From: Gammaproteobacteria bacterium
GTDB taxonomy: Bacteria > Pseudomonadota > Gammaproteobacteria > SZUA-140
Assembly (NCBI GenBank): GCA_021648525.1
Contig: JAKISP010000001.1
Coordinates: 2,061-66,060 of the forward strand
Direction of reading: 5' to 3'
Length of the DNA: 64,000 nucleotides
Shown here: piece by piece, positions 10,161-22,340 of the stretch
How positions within the stretch are numbered: position 1 is the stretch's first letter
Layout: each line of letters opens with the position of its first letter
Notes under the pieces: generated by a model
What the model was told of the DNA's origin: nothing
Seen by the model: only the letters and a program-made list of their open reading frames with translations
The model's database searches: none
Translations under genes and position numbers: made by a program

Positions 10161-10312
10161 CTCTCAAGATGATAAACCACCCATCAATTAGTTGCCTGAA
10201 CGATACATGCCTTGATGTCGAGCCGTCCACTACTCAGTTCCCTCTCACAGGCGCGACAATTTGCCGCGCGACACTGTCGTCACATTCTCGCACATGGAAA
10301 CGGCAGTGACAC

Positions 10313-10339
10313 AAAAAGTGGGCATTGCTGCCCACCTTT
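10313..10339 (-). terminator. Rho-independent terminator of guaBA
   Basis: AAAAA-GTGGGCA-ttgc-TGCCCAC just downstream of the guaA stop. Confidence 0.7.
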
Positions 10340-10355
10340 ATCAAAGAGCTAACCG

Positions 10356-11939
10356 TTACTCCCACTCAATCGTGGCGGGTGGCTTACTTGAAATATCATA
10401 GGTGACACGCGAGATACCCGAAACTTCGTTGATGATGCGGCTGGATACTATTTCTAACAGCTCATACGGCAGGTGCGCCCAACGTGCAGTCATAAAATCG
10501 ACGGTCTCTACCGCGCGTACTGCGACCACATATTCATAGCGTCGCTGATCACCCACCACACCCACTGATTTCACTGGCAGGAAGACGGTGAACGCCTGGC
10601 TTACCTTTTGATAAAAATCATGGTTATGCAGCTCTTCGATGAAGATCGCATCGGCGCGACGCAGCAGATCCGCATACTCTTTTGTCACCTTGCCAAGAAT
10701 GCGCACACCAAGGCCTGGCCCTGGAAATGGATGACGGTAGACCATCTCATGCGCGAGTCCAAGTTCAACCCCTAAGCGACGTACTTCGTCTTTAAAGAGT
10801 TCACGCAGTGGCTCGACCAGTTTCAGCTTCATGTTTTCTGGCAGACCACCGACGTTGTGATGCGACTTGATCACATGCGCCTTGCCACTCTTCGCACCGG
10901 CTGATTCAATCACGTCCGGGTAGATAGTACCCTGCGCCAGCCACTTCACATTTTTTAGCTTCTCTGCCTCTTCTTCAAAGACCTCGATAAAGAGATTACC
11001 GATGATTTTGCGTTTCTTCTCCGGATCATCAATACCTTCGAGTGCGGTCAGAAAACGCGCTTCGGCATCGACACGGATCACCTTCACCCCCATGTGCTCG
11101 GCGAAGATCGCCATCACCTGGTCACCTTCATTAAGGCGTAACAGACCGTTATCGACAAAGACACAGGTGAGGTGGTCACCAATCGCTTTATGCAGTAACG
11201 CAGCCACTACCGAAGAATCAACACCACCCGACAGGCCCAGTAAAATTTCATCGGTACCCACCTGCTCACGTACCGTCTGAATACTATCTTCAATAATATT
11301 TTCAGCGGTCCACAACTGCTCACAACCACAGATAAAATGAACGAAGCGATCGATAATGCGCTTGCCCTGATGGGTGTGAGTCACTTCGGGGTGGAATTGC
11401 AGGCCATAAAAGCCACGCGACTCATCGGCAATTGCCGCAATGGGTGCGCTGTCGGTACTTGCAATCACTTTAAAACCTTCAGGCAATTTGCTCACACGGT
11501 CGCCATGGCTCATCCACACATCGAGAATGCCGTAACCTTCCACTGTGGTGTGATCTTCAATATCAAGCAGCAGTTGCGAATGGCCGCGAGCACGCACTTG
11601 GGCATGACCATATTCGTGATGGTCAGCACTCTCGACTTCGCCGCCCATCTGTGCTGCCATGGTCTGCATGCCGTAGCAGATACCGAGCACCGGTACTTCC
11701 ATTTGAAACACGGCATCTGGTGCACGCGGTGCATCATCGCCACCGGTAACTGACTCTGGACCACCAGAGAGGATAATCCCCTTCGGGTTGAAGTCACGCA
11801 CGGCCTGCTCTTCCATATCCCATGCATGCAGTTCACAATAGACACCGGCCTCACGTACACGACGCGCAATTAGCTGACTATATTGCGAACCAAAATCGAG
11901 GATCAGGATGCGGTCGGAATGAATGTTCTGGTCAGTCAC
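10356..11939 (-). CDS. guaA: GMP synthase (glutamine-hydrolysing)
   Basis: [45 protein letters not shown]. Confidence 0.99.
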   Translation of the reverse strand: MTDQNIHSDRILILDFGSQYSQLIARRVREAGVYCELHAWDMEEQAVRDFNPKGIILSGGPESVTGGDDAPRAPDAVFQMEVPVLGICYGMQTMAAQMGGEVESADHHEYGHAQVRARGHSQLLLDIEDHTTVEGYGILDVWMSHGDRVSKLPEGFKVIASTDSAPIAAIADESRGFYGLQFHPEVTHTHQGKRIIDRFVHFICGCEQLWTAENIIEDSIQTVREQVGTDEILLGLSGGVDSSVVAALLHKAIGDHLTCVFVDNGLLRLNEGDQVMAIFAEHMGVKVIRVDAEARFLTALEGIDDPEKKRKIIGNLFIEVFEEEAEKLKNVKWLAQGTIYPDVIESAGAKSGKAHVIKSHHNVGGLPENMKLKLVEPLRELFKDEVRRLGVELGLAHEMVYRHPFPGPGLGVRILGKVTKEYADLLRRADAIFIEELHNHDFYQKVSQAFTVFLPVKSVGVVGDQRRYEYVVAVRAVETVDFMTARWAHLPYELLEIVSSRIINEVSGISRVTYDISSKPPATIEWE

Positions 11940-12007
11940 GGCGGTATGCCTTCTTTTTAGGTCGGTTGAAAACAGAGCAGTGCGATTAGCACTGCCGGGG
12001 TAACAGG

Positions 12008-13465
12008 TTAGTCAATACGGTAATTCGGTGCTTCTTTGGTAATGGTGACATCATGTACATGGCTCTCTTTCATGCCAGCGCCAGTGACCCGTACAAAGCG
12101 TGGTTTGCTACGCATCTCTTCGATGTCGGCACAGCCGGTATAACCCATACTGGCACGCACACCACCCAACAGCTGATGAACAATCGCGACCATGCTGCCT
12201 TTGTAGGCAACGCGGCCTTCGATCCCTTCTGGCACTAGCTTCTCAATCTGGTTGCTTTCCTGAAAGTAACGATCACTCGAACCATGCGCAGCAGCCATCG
12301 CACCGAGCGAGCCCATGCCTCGGTAAGATTTGTAAGAACGCCCCTGAAAGAGTTCTACGTCCCCCGGTGACTCTTCGGTACCGGCAAACATGCTGCCGAT
12401 CATGATCGCATGGGCACCCGCGACAATCGCCTTGGCCAGATCACCGGAGAAACGAATCCCACCATCGGCAATCAACGGTACACCGGTTCCTTCCAACGCT
12501 TTGGCCACATTGGCAATCGCGGTGACCTGCGGCACACCCACGCCGGTCACAATACGAGTGGTACAGATTGAACCCGGCCCGATACCGACTTTGACGCCAT
12601 CGGCACCGGCATCGACCAACGCCGTTGCCGCTTCGCCAGTACCAACGTTACCGCCGATGAGCTGCAGATCAGGAAAGTTTTTTTTCACCCAGCTAACACG
12701 ATCTAACACCTTTTGTGAATGGCCATGCGCGGTATCCACAATCAGTACATCAACACCCGCCTTCACCAACTCTTCAATACGACCATCTGCTTCGGTACCG
12801 ACCGCCGCACCCACACGAAGATGGCCGACATCATCTTTACAGGCGTTAGGAAAGTCTGTCGATTTTTGAATATCTTTAACGGTGATCAGCCCTTTCAGGT
12901 GAAAGCTGTCGTTGATCACCAGCACCTTTTCAATGCGATGTTTGTGCAGCAGTGACAACACTTCATCACGCTCAGCACCCTCTTTCACCGTGACCAGACG
13001 CTTTCTGGGGGTCATGATGCTCGAAACTGGGTTATCTAACTGAGTCTCGAAACGCAGGTCACGTCCGGTGACAATGCCGACTAGCTGATCACCATCGACC
13101 ACCGGCACACCAGAAATCCTGTTGGCACGAGTGATGCCCATCACTTCACGAATGGTGATGGTTGGCGGTACGGTGATCGGGTCTTTGATCACGCCACTCT
13201 CATATTTTTTAACGGCGCGCACTTCGTCGGCCTGCTGCTCTGCAGTCATATTTTTATGGATGATGCCAATACCACCTTCCTGTGCCAGTGCAATCGCCAG
13301 GCGTGCCTCGGTGACGGTATCCATCGCCGATGAGATCAACGGGATATTGAGCGTAATTTCACGCGTCAGACGAGTCTTGAGATCAACATCTCTGGGCAAC
13401 ACGGTGGAATGATCTGGCAATAACAGCACATCATCAAAGGTGAATGCTTCCTGAGCAATTCTCAT
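12008..13465 (-). CDS. guaB: IMP dehydrogenase
   Basis: [39 protein letters not shown]. Confidence 0.99.
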   Translation of the reverse strand: MRIAQEAFTFDDVLLLPDHSTVLPRDVDLKTRLTREITLNIPLISSAMDTVTEARLAIALAQEGGIGIIHKNMTAEQQADEVRAVKKYESGVIKDPITVPPTITIREVMGITRANRISGVPVVDGDQLVGIVTGRDLRFETQLDNPVSSIMTPRKRLVTVKEGAERDEVLSLLHKHRIEKVLVINDSFHLKGLITVKDIQKSTDFPNACKDDVGHLRVGAAVGTEADGRIEELVKAGVDVLIVDTAHGHSQKVLDRVSWVKKNFPDLQLIGGNVGTGEAATALVDAGADGVKVGIGPGSICTTRIVTGVGVPQVTAIANVAKALEGTGVPLIADGGIRFSGDLAKAIVAGAHAIMIGSMFAGTEESPGDVELFQGRSYKSYRGMGSLGAMAAAHGSSDRYFQESNQIEKLVPEGIEGRVAYKGSMVAIVHQLLGGVRASMGYTGCADIEEMRSKPRFVRVTGAGMKESHVHDVTITKEAPNYRID

Positions 13466-13601
13466 ACTATATAAACCCCTGTCAAAAACTAGCCGGGTAT
13501 TATAAAGAGTGCAGCCCCTGCGGTAAACCGATAATATCGACGAATGCCGTTCAATAAATCGGTGGATTCTCTATTTTGTTCAAGGTGTTATCATAAGATC
13601 C

Positions 13602-15002
13602 ATGAGCCAGACCCGTGATTTCTACACCCCACCTCCAGCCACAAAAGCAGCCCCCAAACGGCCTCAGCGCGAAATTTTCAGCGTCTCACGCCTTAATCGC
13701 GAAGTGCGCGGCCTGCTGGAGGGCAATTTCCCACTGGTATGGGTGGAGGCGGAGATTTCGAATCTCTCCCGTCCCGCCTCTGGCCACTGGTATTTCACCC
13801 TTAAAGACCCCTCAGCACAGATACGCTGCGCGATGTTCCGTGGCAAAAACAGCCGCCTGCGCTTCCAGCCTGATAATGGCGACCAGGTGCTGATTCGCGC
13901 CCAGCTGAGCCTTTACGAAGCGCGTGGCGACTATCAAATGATCGTTGAACATATGGAAGAGGCCGGTGATGGCGCACTGCGACGCGCCTTTGAACAGCTC
14001 AAACAGCGCCTTGAACTGGAAGGGCTATTCGACGAAACGACTAAAAGACCATTGCCGACAGTGCCAACACAGATCGGCGTGATCACCTCCCCTACAAGTG
14101 CAGCGGTGCGCGATATTCTGCAGATTTTAGAACGACGCTTCCCGAGCATCCCAGTGGTAATCTATCCCGTCGTAGTGCAAGGTACAACTGCCGCTGGCGA
14201 GATTGAGCGCGCGCTCAAAACCGCCGATAAACGCAACGAATGTGATGTATTGATCGTTGCGCGTGGCGGCGGTTCACTCGAAGATTTGATGGCCTTTAAT
14301 GATGAACGAGTGGCGCGGGCGATTCACAAATGCAGCATCCCTGTTGTCTCTGGCGTGGGACATGAGATCGACTTCACCATCGCCGATTTTGTCGCCGACC
14401 TGCGCGCCCCCACGCCATCCGGTGCGGCTGAACTGGTGAGCCCGGATCGCCTTGAGTGGCAGCAGCGTTTTACAAGACTACAATCACGCCTGCACGCCGC
14501 CACACAGCAGCAATTCAAACAGGGTGAGCAACAACTTGGCTGGCTCTCAAAAAGATTGCAACAGCAGCACCCCGGCCAACAACTCAGGCAACAGACACAA
14601 CGACTCGACGAGCTGGAACAGCGCCTGCAACGCAGCCTAAAACAGCGGCTACAGCAACGTCGTAGCGAGTTGGCCCACATTGCGAGCAAACTACAGCTGT
14701 ACAACCCACAGCAGCGCATCCAGCAGTTGCAAGCGACTCAACAACAACTCAACACGCGCCTGCAACGCGCGCTTCAGCAACAACTACAACAGCGCCAGCA
14801 GCAACTGCAAGGTGTAACACGGGCACTCGATGCGGTGAGTCCGCTGGCGACACTCGGGCGTGGTTTTTCGATTACGCGCAACCGACAGAGTGGACGCGTC
14901 CTACGTGACATAAAAGATGCCGCCATTGGTGACACCATCGAAACAACCCTGGCGCAGGGGCAACTACTGTGTGAAGTTACGGAAACGATTGATGATGAAT
15001 AA
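13602..15002 (+). CDS. xseA: Exodeoxyribonuclease VII large subunit
   Basis: [48 protein letters not shown]; divergent from guaB as is usual. Confidence 0.98.
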   Translation: MSQTRDFYTPPPATKAAPKRPQREIFSVSRLNREVRGLLEGNFPLVWVEAEISNLSRPASGHWYFTLKDPSAQIRCAMFRGKNSRLRFQPDNGDQVLIRAQLSLYEARGDYQMIVEHMEEAGDGALRRAFEQLKQRLELEGLFDETTKRPLPTVPTQIGVITSPTSAAVRDILQILERRFPSIPVVIYPVVVQGTTAAGEIERALKTADKRNECDVLIVARGGGSLEDLMAFNDERVARAIHKCSIPVVSGVGHEIDFTIADFVADLRAPTPSGAAELVSPDRLEWQQRFTRLQSRLHAATQQQFKQGEQQLGWLSKRLQQQHPGQQLRQQTQRLDELEQRLQRSLKQRLQQRRSELAHIASKLQLYNPQQRIQQLQATQQQLNTRLQRALQQQLQQRQQQLQGVTRALDAVSPLATLGRGFSITRNRQSGRVLRDIKDAAIGDTIETTLAQGQLLCEVTETIDDE

Positions 15003-15843
15003 AACACTATTTCCACAATTTTTTAGCTACACTCTGGCGTTGCTGTTTACGCTCTCTCACACTGCTGCGCATGCATTACCCAGAGTGTCTGCCGTGCCAG
15101 GTGGTGTGGTGGTGATCGAACTGGTAGCCGACAGCGCAGGAGAAACACCCACTGCTTACTTCAATAACAAACCACTGCTGGTGATCAAGAAAGATAACCG
15201 CTGGCTGGCGGTCGTCGGTATACCACTAACCGCAACGATTGGTGTACAACAAATTGAACAACAGAGCACATCAGGAAAGCGCATTAGCCACCGTTTCACC
15301 GTCAAAGACAAGGCCTATAAAACACAACGCCTCACGGTGACCAATAAACGCAAGGTCAACCCTTATGCGGAAGATATGGATCGCATCACCAGCGAAAAAA
15401 AACGCACAAAAAAGACCCTCGCTCACTGGGATCAGCGCGAGCTAAATAACCTGACCTTTATCACCCCGGTTGAGGGACGACGCAGTAGCTCGTTTGGGCT
15501 ACGACGTGTCTTCAACGGCCAACCACGTAAACCACACAGCGGGATGGATATCGCCGCCCCTGCTGGCACCCCGGTAATCACGCCGATTGCTGGCACGGTA
15601 ACCAATGTGGGCGACTATTTCTTCAATGGCAACTCAGTCTTCATCGACCACGGCCAGGGGTTGATTACGATGTACCTGCACCTTGACCATATTGATGTCA
15701 AAGAGGGGGATGTCCTTGAACAGGGCGACCTGCTCGGCACAGTGGGTGCGACAGGGCGCGTCACCGGCCCGCATCTACACTGGGGGATCAGCCTGAATGA
15801 CGCGCGCGTCGATCCGGCGCTGTTTCTTGGCGATGAAAAGTAA
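14992..15843 (+). CDS. M23 family metallopeptidase with signal peptide
   Basis: [18 protein letters not shown]; probable start ATG 14992/14995 overlapping the xseA stop. Confidence 0.92.
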   Translation: MMNKTLFPQFFSYTLALLFTLSHTAAHALPRVSAVPGGVVVIELVADSAGETPTAYFNNKPLLVIKKDNRWLAVVGIPLTATIGVQQIEQQSTSGKRISHRFTVKDKAYKTQRLTVTNKRKVNPYAEDMDRITSEKKRTKKTLAHWDQRELNNLTFITPVEGRRSSSFGLRRVFNGQPRKPHSGMDIAAPAGTPVITPIAGTVTNVGDYFFNGNSVFIDHGQGLITMYLHLDHIDVKEGDVLEQGDLLGTVGATGRVTGPHLHWGISLNDARVDPALFLGDEK

Positions 15844-15846
15844 TTC

Positions 15847-15967
15847 GTAACTGTTCAGATTGCTTCTGAAATTTGTCAGTTCAAGGCGAAAAATATGAGT
15901 TTACAAGTGTAAATGATCATTTTTCAACACAGAAATGGCAGATTTCAGGAGTGGGCTGAATAGTTAC
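15847..15967. mobile_element. 121-bp imperfect palindromic element (MITE-like)
   Basis: Ends GTAACTGTTCAG / CTGAATAGTTAC are inverted repeats; self-complementarity continues through to the central TTTACA-ag-TGTAAA. Confidence 0.7.
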
Positions 15968-15990
15968 AGTAATTCCTGTTTAATTAAGCG

Positions 15991-16278
15991 CTATTGATCA
16001 GGGTTAATCAACCACTCTGGGGCTTGTTGTTGCTCACGATGCCTTACATCGCGGCCCTGTGTATCACTGTTCTGCGCACCTCCGCCCTGTGCCTCACTGC
16101 GCTTCTGCTCATATTCACGATAACTCAATTCGTTTTGCCTGTTCTCGCCAGGTGAGGCAGGCTGATGCATGTTGTTGATGCCACGCACCGTTTCATACAC
16201 AGCCGCTTTAAGGTTTCCATCTCTCGCACATCCCGCCGCAAACAGGCATAACGACAAACTAATCAACACCTTTTTCAT
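15991..16278 (-). CDS. Small hypothetical lipoprotein
   Basis: MKKVLISLSLCLFAAGC lipobox-type signal; start moved to ATG 16278. Confidence 0.65.
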   Translation of the reverse strand: MKKVLISLSLCLFAAGCARDGNLKAAVYETVRGINNMHQPASPGENRQNELSYREYEQKRSEAQGGGAQNSDTQGRDVRHREQQQAPEWLINPDQ

Positions 16279-16367
16279 CGATTTCACCTTAGATTCCAAT
16301 ATTGATCAAAATTATAACCCACCATCAGGTTATAATAAAAAAATCACGATAAACTGGAGCAGCATGC

Positions 16368-16835
16368 ATGTATTGCCGTAGCGCTATCATAAACAAAGCA
16401 TTTAATGGTTTCAGCCAATTCTTTTGCGCATTCATCGCGCTGGTTTTTATAAGTGGTTGCGAGGTTGAAGTACCGGTTGAGGAGTCAATCGCGGGCGTCG
16501 ATAAAATCCTGGAGATACGCAAGCAGGCGATCGAGAATAAAGACATGGCACTTTATAAGTCCATTCTATTACCAGAATATTCTAGCAGTGGTGTACCACT
16601 CGATAATGTCATTGGTGACCTCGAACGGCTCTTTTCAACAGAGGAGCAGATTGAGTTCATCTACCAGAAAGCACCACCTTCAATCGCAATGAACACCGCT
16701 CGCGTGATTCATATGATCGAATACAAACTAACCCCATCTGGCAAGTCCAGAAAAATGCGTGAAACCATCCACCTGCGACGTGTCAATAATCAATGGTTCA
16801 TTTCGGGTGGCATCATACTTGGCCTGACCCTGTAA
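16368..16835 (+). CDS. Hypothetical lipoprotein, possibly NTF2/SnoaL-like fold
   Basis: FIALVFISGC lipobox; AIENKD...Y; C-terminal LRRVNNQWFISG. Confidence 0.65.
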   Translation: MYCRSAIINKAFNGFSQFFCAFIALVFISGCEVEVPVEESIAGVDKILEIRKQAIENKDMALYKSILLPEYSSSGVPLDNVIGDLERLFSTEEQIEFIYQKAPPSIAMNTARVIHMIEYKLTPSGKSRKMRETIHLRRVNNQWFISGGIILGLTL

Positions 16836-16935
16836 GCAGAGGCAGTAACCAGTTGCGCATCAACAATTTAGTTTTTACCTGCGCCAGCCAATCTACTAAT
16901 ATTACAGTTAGATCATATTATGTAGTGTCAATTTT

Positions 16936-18357
16936 ATGAAACCCAGTATCAAAACAATTACCGTGAGAACACTGGTCAGCTTCCTGCTTGTATTGGCAGT
17001 CATTATGTTGATCATCACCGGGCTTAATTTTCGGGCGCTATCAAAACAGGCACTGGAAGATCAGGCCCTGTCCTATGCCGAATTAGTCCGCGCCGGATTG
17101 ACTGCCCACATGAAGGCGGACATTATGGATAAGCGCGACTATTTCCTGGAGGAGATCCAGCAGCTACACCAGATCAACCGCCTCACCGTGATTCGCAGTA
17201 ACGAAGTGAGTGATCAATTCGGCCTCGGTCGCGCCATCGAACATGAAGTTGATAACGTAGATGCGATTGCACGCAGGGCCTTTGAAACGATGGAGCCGGT
17301 CTTCGTGCTGACCGAATTTTCATATAACCCGACGATTCGTGCAATCGTACCGTACATCGCCTCACCAGTCGGCTCACTCAACTGCCTTGCCTGCCATAAC
17401 GTTACTGAAGGCACCGTGCTCGGTGCAGTAGATATTGAGATGGATGCATCAAAATATCGCAACCATTCGCTGATGGTCATCGCCGGCATGCTGGTTGTCT
17501 CATTTGTATTCATGATATTGATTTTGATAAACACCAGACGCACTATTCAACGCCATGTACAGGGGCCACTCGACACCCTTATTGATAAAGCGATGGATGC
17601 CTACGTGAAAAAAGAACCGGTCAGCCCCGACCAGTTTGCAACGGCAGAGTTTAGTAACGTTGCCAATGAAATAAACCTGTTCAATTCGAAGATTATTGCG
17701 CACCAGGATCTATTGCAGCAGAAAAATAATGAATTGATTGCACTGAATGATGAAATAGAAAAGACCCTGCGTGAAACGGTTTTCACCATGGGGGTCATTG
17801 AAGAACAGCGTTCCAAAGAAACCAGCAATCATACCCAGCGCGTATCGCTCTATAGCCAGTTACTGGCGCGTAAATTAGGTCTGTCAGACCAGGATATCGA
17901 CCTGATCGCCGCTGCCGCACCACTGCATGATCTCGGCAAAATAGGTATCCCGGACAGCATTCTACTGAAGCCGGGACGACTCACCGATGAAGAACATGAA
18001 ATCATGAAAAATCACACCCGCATCGGCTACACCATGCTGAGCCATTCCGAACGTGACATTCTCAAAAGTGGGGCCATTATCGCCCTGCAACATCATGAAA
18101 AGTGGGATGGTAGCGGCTACCCTCAAGGGTTAAAAGGCGAAGCGATTCATATCTACGGGCGGATCATTGCATTGGCAGATGTTTTTGATGCATTGGCATT
18201 CAGAAGGGTTTATAAAGAGGCATGGGAGCCTGCCCGAGTCATCTCATGGATAAAGGAACAACGTGGCAAACATTTTGACCCAACACTGGTTGATATTTTT
18301 CTTGAAAATCAGGATGAAATCACAGACATTATGAAACACTACCCAGCCGATTTATAA
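16936..18357 (+). CDS. Membrane HD-GYP phosphodiesterase with periplasmic heme-c (CxxCH) sensor domain
   Basis: Two TM helices flanking NCLACH; ETSNHTQRV, LHDLGKIG, HHEKWDGSGYP, ADVFDAL. Confidence 0.9.
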   Translation: MKPSIKTITVRTLVSFLLVLAVIMLIITGLNFRALSKQALEDQALSYAELVRAGLTAHMKADIMDKRDYFLEEIQQLHQINRLTVIRSNEVSDQFGLGRAIEHEVDNVDAIARRAFETMEPVFVLTEFSYNPTIRAIVPYIASPVGSLNCLACHNVTEGTVLGAVDIEMDASKYRNHSLMVIAGMLVVSFVFMILILINTRRTIQRHVQGPLDTLIDKAMDAYVKKEPVSPDQFATAEFSNVANEINLFNSKIIAHQDLLQQKNNELIALNDEIEKTLRETVFTMGVIEEQRSKETSNHTQRVSLYSQLLARKLGLSDQDIDLIAAAAPLHDLGKIGIPDSILLKPGRLTDEEHEIMKNHTRIGYTMLSHSERDILKSGAIIALQHHEKWDGSGYPQGLKGEAIHIYGRIIALADVFDALAFRRVYKEAWEPARVISWIKEQRGKHFDPTLVDIFLENQDEITDIMKHYPADL

Positions 18358-18387
18358 CAAACTGCTACAACTTTAAAGAGAAGCGTT

Positions 18388-18528
18388 ATGCAAAACGATT
18401 GGTTACGAGAAAATATGCTGATGATCCTGTCGATCATTGGCGTGGTTGCAACAGCCTGTGTCGGCGGAATTTTTGTGCTCTATTTTATGATCAAACGAAA
18501 AATCAGGCAAAAGAACGCTGCAAAATAG
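18388..18528 (+). CDS. 46-aa single-TM small membrane protein (DUF3149-like), below the ORF-track cutoff
   Basis: MQNDWLRENMLMILSIIGVVATACVGGIFVLYFMIKRKIRQKNAAK*; purine-rich AAAGAGAAG upstream; TM followed by basic tail. Confidence 0.65.
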   Translation: MQNDWLRENMLMILSIIGVVATACVGGIFVLYFMIKRKIRQKNAAK

Positions 18529-18575
18529 TCTGATTGGCTGCCTTATCCATCTCGTGACATTGCCACTATTTAATT

Positions 18576-19655
18576 GTGAGTATTAAACAGCACTATCAAA
18601 CCGCTATTGCAGAACAGGGATATCAGCGAGACCCTGAGCAGGCGAATGCCATTGACCATTTTCAACGCCTTTATAATGAGCTACTCACCTTGCCAAAGGC
18701 AACGAGTTTTATTAGTCGTGTATTAAACAAAACACCTGAGCCCACACAAGGGCTTTACTTGTGGGGCGGTCCTGGTCGCGGCAAAACATACCTGATGGAT
18801 CTCTTCTATCACCACCTGCCAATACAGCAAAAGCAGCGCCTCCACTTTCATCAGTTCATGCGCAATGTGCACGCGGAACTTGCAACCATCAATCACCAGC
18901 AAGCACCGCTTACGGTAATTGGCAAGCGTCTTGCTGAAAAGACGCGCATTCTTTGTCTGGATGAGTTTTATGTTGCCGACATTGGTGATGCCATGTTGCT
19001 CGCGGGCCTGCTTGAGGCACTTTTTGCCAACAAGGTAATATTGGTGACGACCTCGAACATAATACCCGACAACCTTTACCGAGGCGGACTGCAACGAGAG
19101 CGTTTTTTACCGGCAATTGCACTGATCAAGGCACATACCCAATTGATAAAAATGGAGCAGGGGGATGATTATCGCTTACAGGCAACAAGTGAGACAGCCT
19201 TTAAGCGCTATCAAATATGCGACCAGGCAAGCGCTCAAGAGCTGATGAGCCAGCAATTCCAGCGTTTAACCGGCAGTGCATTTGAAAAGCAGACAATATC
19301 AATAAAGATCAACGGACGTGAACTTCCTGTCATTGCAGAACATGGCAATTTAATATGGTTCAATTTCAACACGCTGTGTGAAACCCCACGCGCAGCCGCT
19401 GACTACCTCGAAATCGCAAACCGCTACCAACGCCTGATGATTACCCACATACCAATCATGGATGAGGCACTAGATAGCGCCGCGATTCGTTTTATTCACC
19501 TCATTGATGCGATCTATGACAATAAAGTCGCGTTGATCACTACCGCAGCCACCATCCCTCAACAGCTTTACACAGGCACCCATCGCACCAACAGTTTTAA
19601 ACGCACCATGAGTCGCCTTTGCGAAATGGAACATTACGACTATTCCACTCGCTAA
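18576..19655 (+). CDS. zapE: AFG1-family ATPase ZapE
   Basis: GLYLWGGPGRGKTYLMD, LCLDEFYVADIGDAM, TTSN, RTMSRLCEM. Confidence 0.92.
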   Translation: MSIKQHYQTAIAEQGYQRDPEQANAIDHFQRLYNELLTLPKATSFISRVLNKTPEPTQGLYLWGGPGRGKTYLMDLFYHHLPIQQKQRLHFHQFMRNVHAELATINHQQAPLTVIGKRLAEKTRILCLDEFYVADIGDAMLLAGLLEALFANKVILVTTSNIIPDNLYRGGLQRERFLPAIALIKAHTQLIKMEQGDDYRLQATSETAFKRYQICDQASAQELMSQQFQRLTGSAFEKQTISIKINGRELPVIAEHGNLIWFNFNTLCETPRAAADYLEIANRYQRLMITHIPIMDEALDSAAIRFIHLIDAIYDNKVALITTAATIPQQLYTGTHRTNSFKRTMSRLCEMEHYDYSTR

Positions 19656-19701
19656 ACAGCGAACGCTTTACCATTTCATCCGCTCTGGGCTATGATGATT
19701 G

Positions 19702-21318
19702 ATGGCTGAATTTCACTACACCAATCCACTTCCGCTTGGCGATGATAAAACAGACTATCGCCTGCTTACCGACAAACACGTTTCAACCGGCGCATTTGAA
19801 GGGCACCCAATACTTAAGATAGATGAAGCAGCGCTCACGCTACTCACCTCCACTGCAATCAATGATATTTCACATCTTTACCGCAGCAGCCACCTGCAGC
19901 AACTGCGCAATATCCTGGATGACAGCAGCGCTTCTGAAAATGATCACTTCGTTGCAATGGAACTACTACGTAACGCAAACATCGCGGCAGGGATGGTACT
20001 GCCCGGCTGCCAGGACACCGGTACCGCTATTATCATGGGAAAGAAAGGTCAGCAGGTGTGGTCTGGCAGCAATGACCGAGAGGCGATCTCACGCGGCGTC
20101 TACCAGGCCTACAACAACCACAACCTGCGCTTTTCACAGATGGCACCACTCACCTTTTTTGATGAAAAGAACACCGATACTAATCTTCCTGCACAAATTG
20201 ACATTGATGCCGTAGAAGGCGGTAGTTATAAGTTTCTGTTGATGACCAAGGGCGGCGGTTCTGCCAATAAAACCTTTCTATTTCAGGAGACCCGAGCACT
20301 ACTCAACCCCAAAAACCTCTTCGCCTTTTTAACTGAAAAATTAAAGATGCTAGGTACTTCTGCCTGTCCACCCTACCACCTTGCAATTGTGGTCGGCGGC
20401 ACTTCAGCGGAAGCTAACTTAAAGATGGTTAAACTCGCCTCAGCCCATTACCTCGACACCCTGCCACACAATGGCAATGAGTTTGGGCAGGCATTTAGAG
20501 ATACCGAACTGGAAATTCAGGTACTGAGACTGACGCAACAATTCGGTATCGGCGCGCAGTTTGGTGGCAAATATTTTGCCCATGACATTCGTGTGATACG
20601 CCTGCCTCGTCATGGTGCCTCATGCCCGGTCGGTATCGGCGTCTCCTGCTCTGCCGATCGCAATATTCTTGGCCATATCGATCGTGATGGGGTCTGGCTT
20701 GAACAGCTGGAACGTGATCCGGCTCGTTTTCTTCCTGAAGTGAAAACAGATACCCTCTCAAATGACGTGGTGCATATCGATCTCAACCAGCCGATGAGCA
20801 AGATCCGCGAAACGCTCTCCCAGCACCCCATCAAAACGCGCCTGGTGCTCAGCGGTCCGATCATCGTGGCACGCGATATTGCCCATGCAAAGATCAAAGA
20901 GCGACTTGATAACGGTGAGGGCATCCCCGACTATTTCAAAGATCACATCATCTACTACGCAGGCCCCTCCAAAACACCCGATGGTTACGCCTCCGGCTCC
21001 TTTGGCCCCACCACCGCTGGGCGCATGGATAGCTATGTTGAGGCCTTCCAGCAAAAAGGTGCATCGCTGGTGATGCTGGCAAAAGGCAACCGCAGTCGTG
21101 CAGTCACTGAGTCATGCCAATCAAAAGGCGGCTTCTATCTCGGCTCAATCGGCGGGGCCGCTGCCCGCCTTGCCGAAGCGTGCATCCGCAAAGTAGAAGT
21201 CATTGACTACCCTGAGCTCGGCATGGAAGCAGTTCATCGCATTGAAGTTGAAAACTTCCCCGCCTTCATTATCGTTGACGACAAAGGCAAAGACTTCTTT
21301 GCTGAGCTAGGGATTTAA
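19702..21318 (+). CDS. Class I (Fe-S) fumarate hydratase
   Basis: [46 protein letters not shown]. Confidence 0.96.
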   Translation: MAEFHYTNPLPLGDDKTDYRLLTDKHVSTGAFEGHPILKIDEAALTLLTSTAINDISHLYRSSHLQQLRNILDDSSASENDHFVAMELLRNANIAAGMVLPGCQDTGTAIIMGKKGQQVWSGSNDREAISRGVYQAYNNHNLRFSQMAPLTFFDEKNTDTNLPAQIDIDAVEGGSYKFLLMTKGGGSANKTFLFQETRALLNPKNLFAFLTEKLKMLGTSACPPYHLAIVVGGTSAEANLKMVKLASAHYLDTLPHNGNEFGQAFRDTELEIQVLRLTQQFGIGAQFGGKYFAHDIRVIRLPRHGASCPVGIGVSCSADRNILGHIDRDGVWLEQLERDPARFLPEVKTDTLSNDVVHIDLNQPMSKIRETLSQHPIKTRLVLSGPIIVARDIAHAKIKERLDNGEGIPDYFKDHIIYYAGPSKTPDGYASGSFGPTTAGRMDSYVEAFQQKGASLVMLAKGNRSRAVTESCQSKGGFYLGSIGGAAARLAEACIRKVEVIDYPELGMEAVHRIEVENFPAFIIVDDKGKDFFAELGI

Positions 21319-22254
21319 GCAATTAAGATCAGGCAGTGACTGCAATGTCAGCTCACGCCCTTCATTCAACATATACTCTAAAAAAACCTGTGCGACGACA
21401 GACAGCTTCTTTCCTTTTGGATAACAGAGATACCATTGATCTTCGATCGGAAAGTCCTGTATATCAAGCACCACCAATTCTCCCGACTGCAGTTCATGTG
21501 TCAGCGCATAAATCGACAACATTGAAATACCCAGACCACCAATCACCGCCTGTTTAACCGCTTCATTACTACCAAGTTCCATACTGCCCTTAAAACAAAA
21601 ATCGCGATTTTTTATCAAACGGCCAATCGAGCCATACGTCCCACAACCCGGCTCACGCATAATAAAGTTCTCAGCCGCCAGCGCCTTTACCGGGATATTG
21701 CGTTCATTGGCCAACGGATGCGATGGCGGGGCTAACACTACCAGCGGATTTGCTAAAAATGGAATACGATGAATCGAAGAACCCGTTGGTGCCTGACCAA
21801 CGATATAAATATCATCCAGATTCTGCTCCAGGCGCTCAAGCACACGCTCACGATTGATCACCTCAAGCGCGACATTGATTCCCGGATATTGTTTGCAAAA
21901 CGAACCTAAAATCCTGGGCGCAAAGTACTCAGCCGTAGTCACTCCAGAAATGCGTAAATTGCCCTGCTTAACCCCCTGAATATCTGAAACTGTCATTTGA
22001 AACTCAGCGAGGTTATCAAACACCGATTTAGATGTTTTTAGCAGTTCCAGCCCTACCTCCGTCAGGTAGATTTTCTTGCCAACCTGACTATAAAGTGGCA
22101 TCCCCACAATACCAGTCAGCTTTTTAACCTGCATCGAGAGTGTCGGCTGGGTTAGATGAAGCTCTTCTGCCGCTGCAGTGAAAGAACCATTTCTCGCAAT
22201 CGCTTCAAAGACTTGCAGCTGACGAAAGGTTGCATTTCTGATTTTAATCATCAT
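21307..22254 (-). CDS. LysR-family regulator, CbbR/CmpR-like
   Basis: [60 protein letters not shown], typical of the CbbR/CmpR subgroup. Confidence 0.92.
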   Translation of the reverse strand: MMIKIRNATFRQLQVFEAIARNGSFTAAAEELHLTQPTLSMQVKKLTGIVGMPLYSQVGKKIYLTEVGLELLKTSKSVFDNLAEFQMTVSDIQGVKQGNLRISGVTTAEYFAPRILGSFCKQYPGINVALEVINRERVLERLEQNLDDIYIVGQAPTGSSIHRIPFLANPLVVLAPPSHPLANERNIPVKALAAENFIMREPGCGTYGSIGRLIKNRDFCFKGSMELGSNEAVKQAVIGGLGISMLSIYALTHELQSGELVVLDIQDFPIEDQWYLCYPKGKKLSVVAQVFLEYMLNEGRELTLQSLPDLNCLNP

Positions 22255-22274
22255 TCACCATAGTAATATTGTAT

Positions 22275-22334
22275 TTAATCGATGCATAGTATAATTATTT
22301 TTGATTATCGTTTATATGAAAAGTATACCATACT
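22275..22334 (+). promoter_or_regulatory. LysR-type promoter P1 (T-N11-A boxes, -10 CATACT) for candidate sRNA 1
   Basis: AT-rich T-N11-A boxes immediately upstream of the LysR start; ungapped 60-nt similarity to 22554-22613. Confidence 0.6.
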
Positions 22335-22340
22335 GTCTTG

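Noticed and set aside
10200..10360. guaA 3' end as a genomic-island integration site
   Set aside because: No integrase or duplicated guaA end follows; only a terminator and a CBS gene
14450..14820. Gln-rich quasi-repeats in xseA
   Set aside because: Normal coiled-coil region of exonuclease VII large subunit
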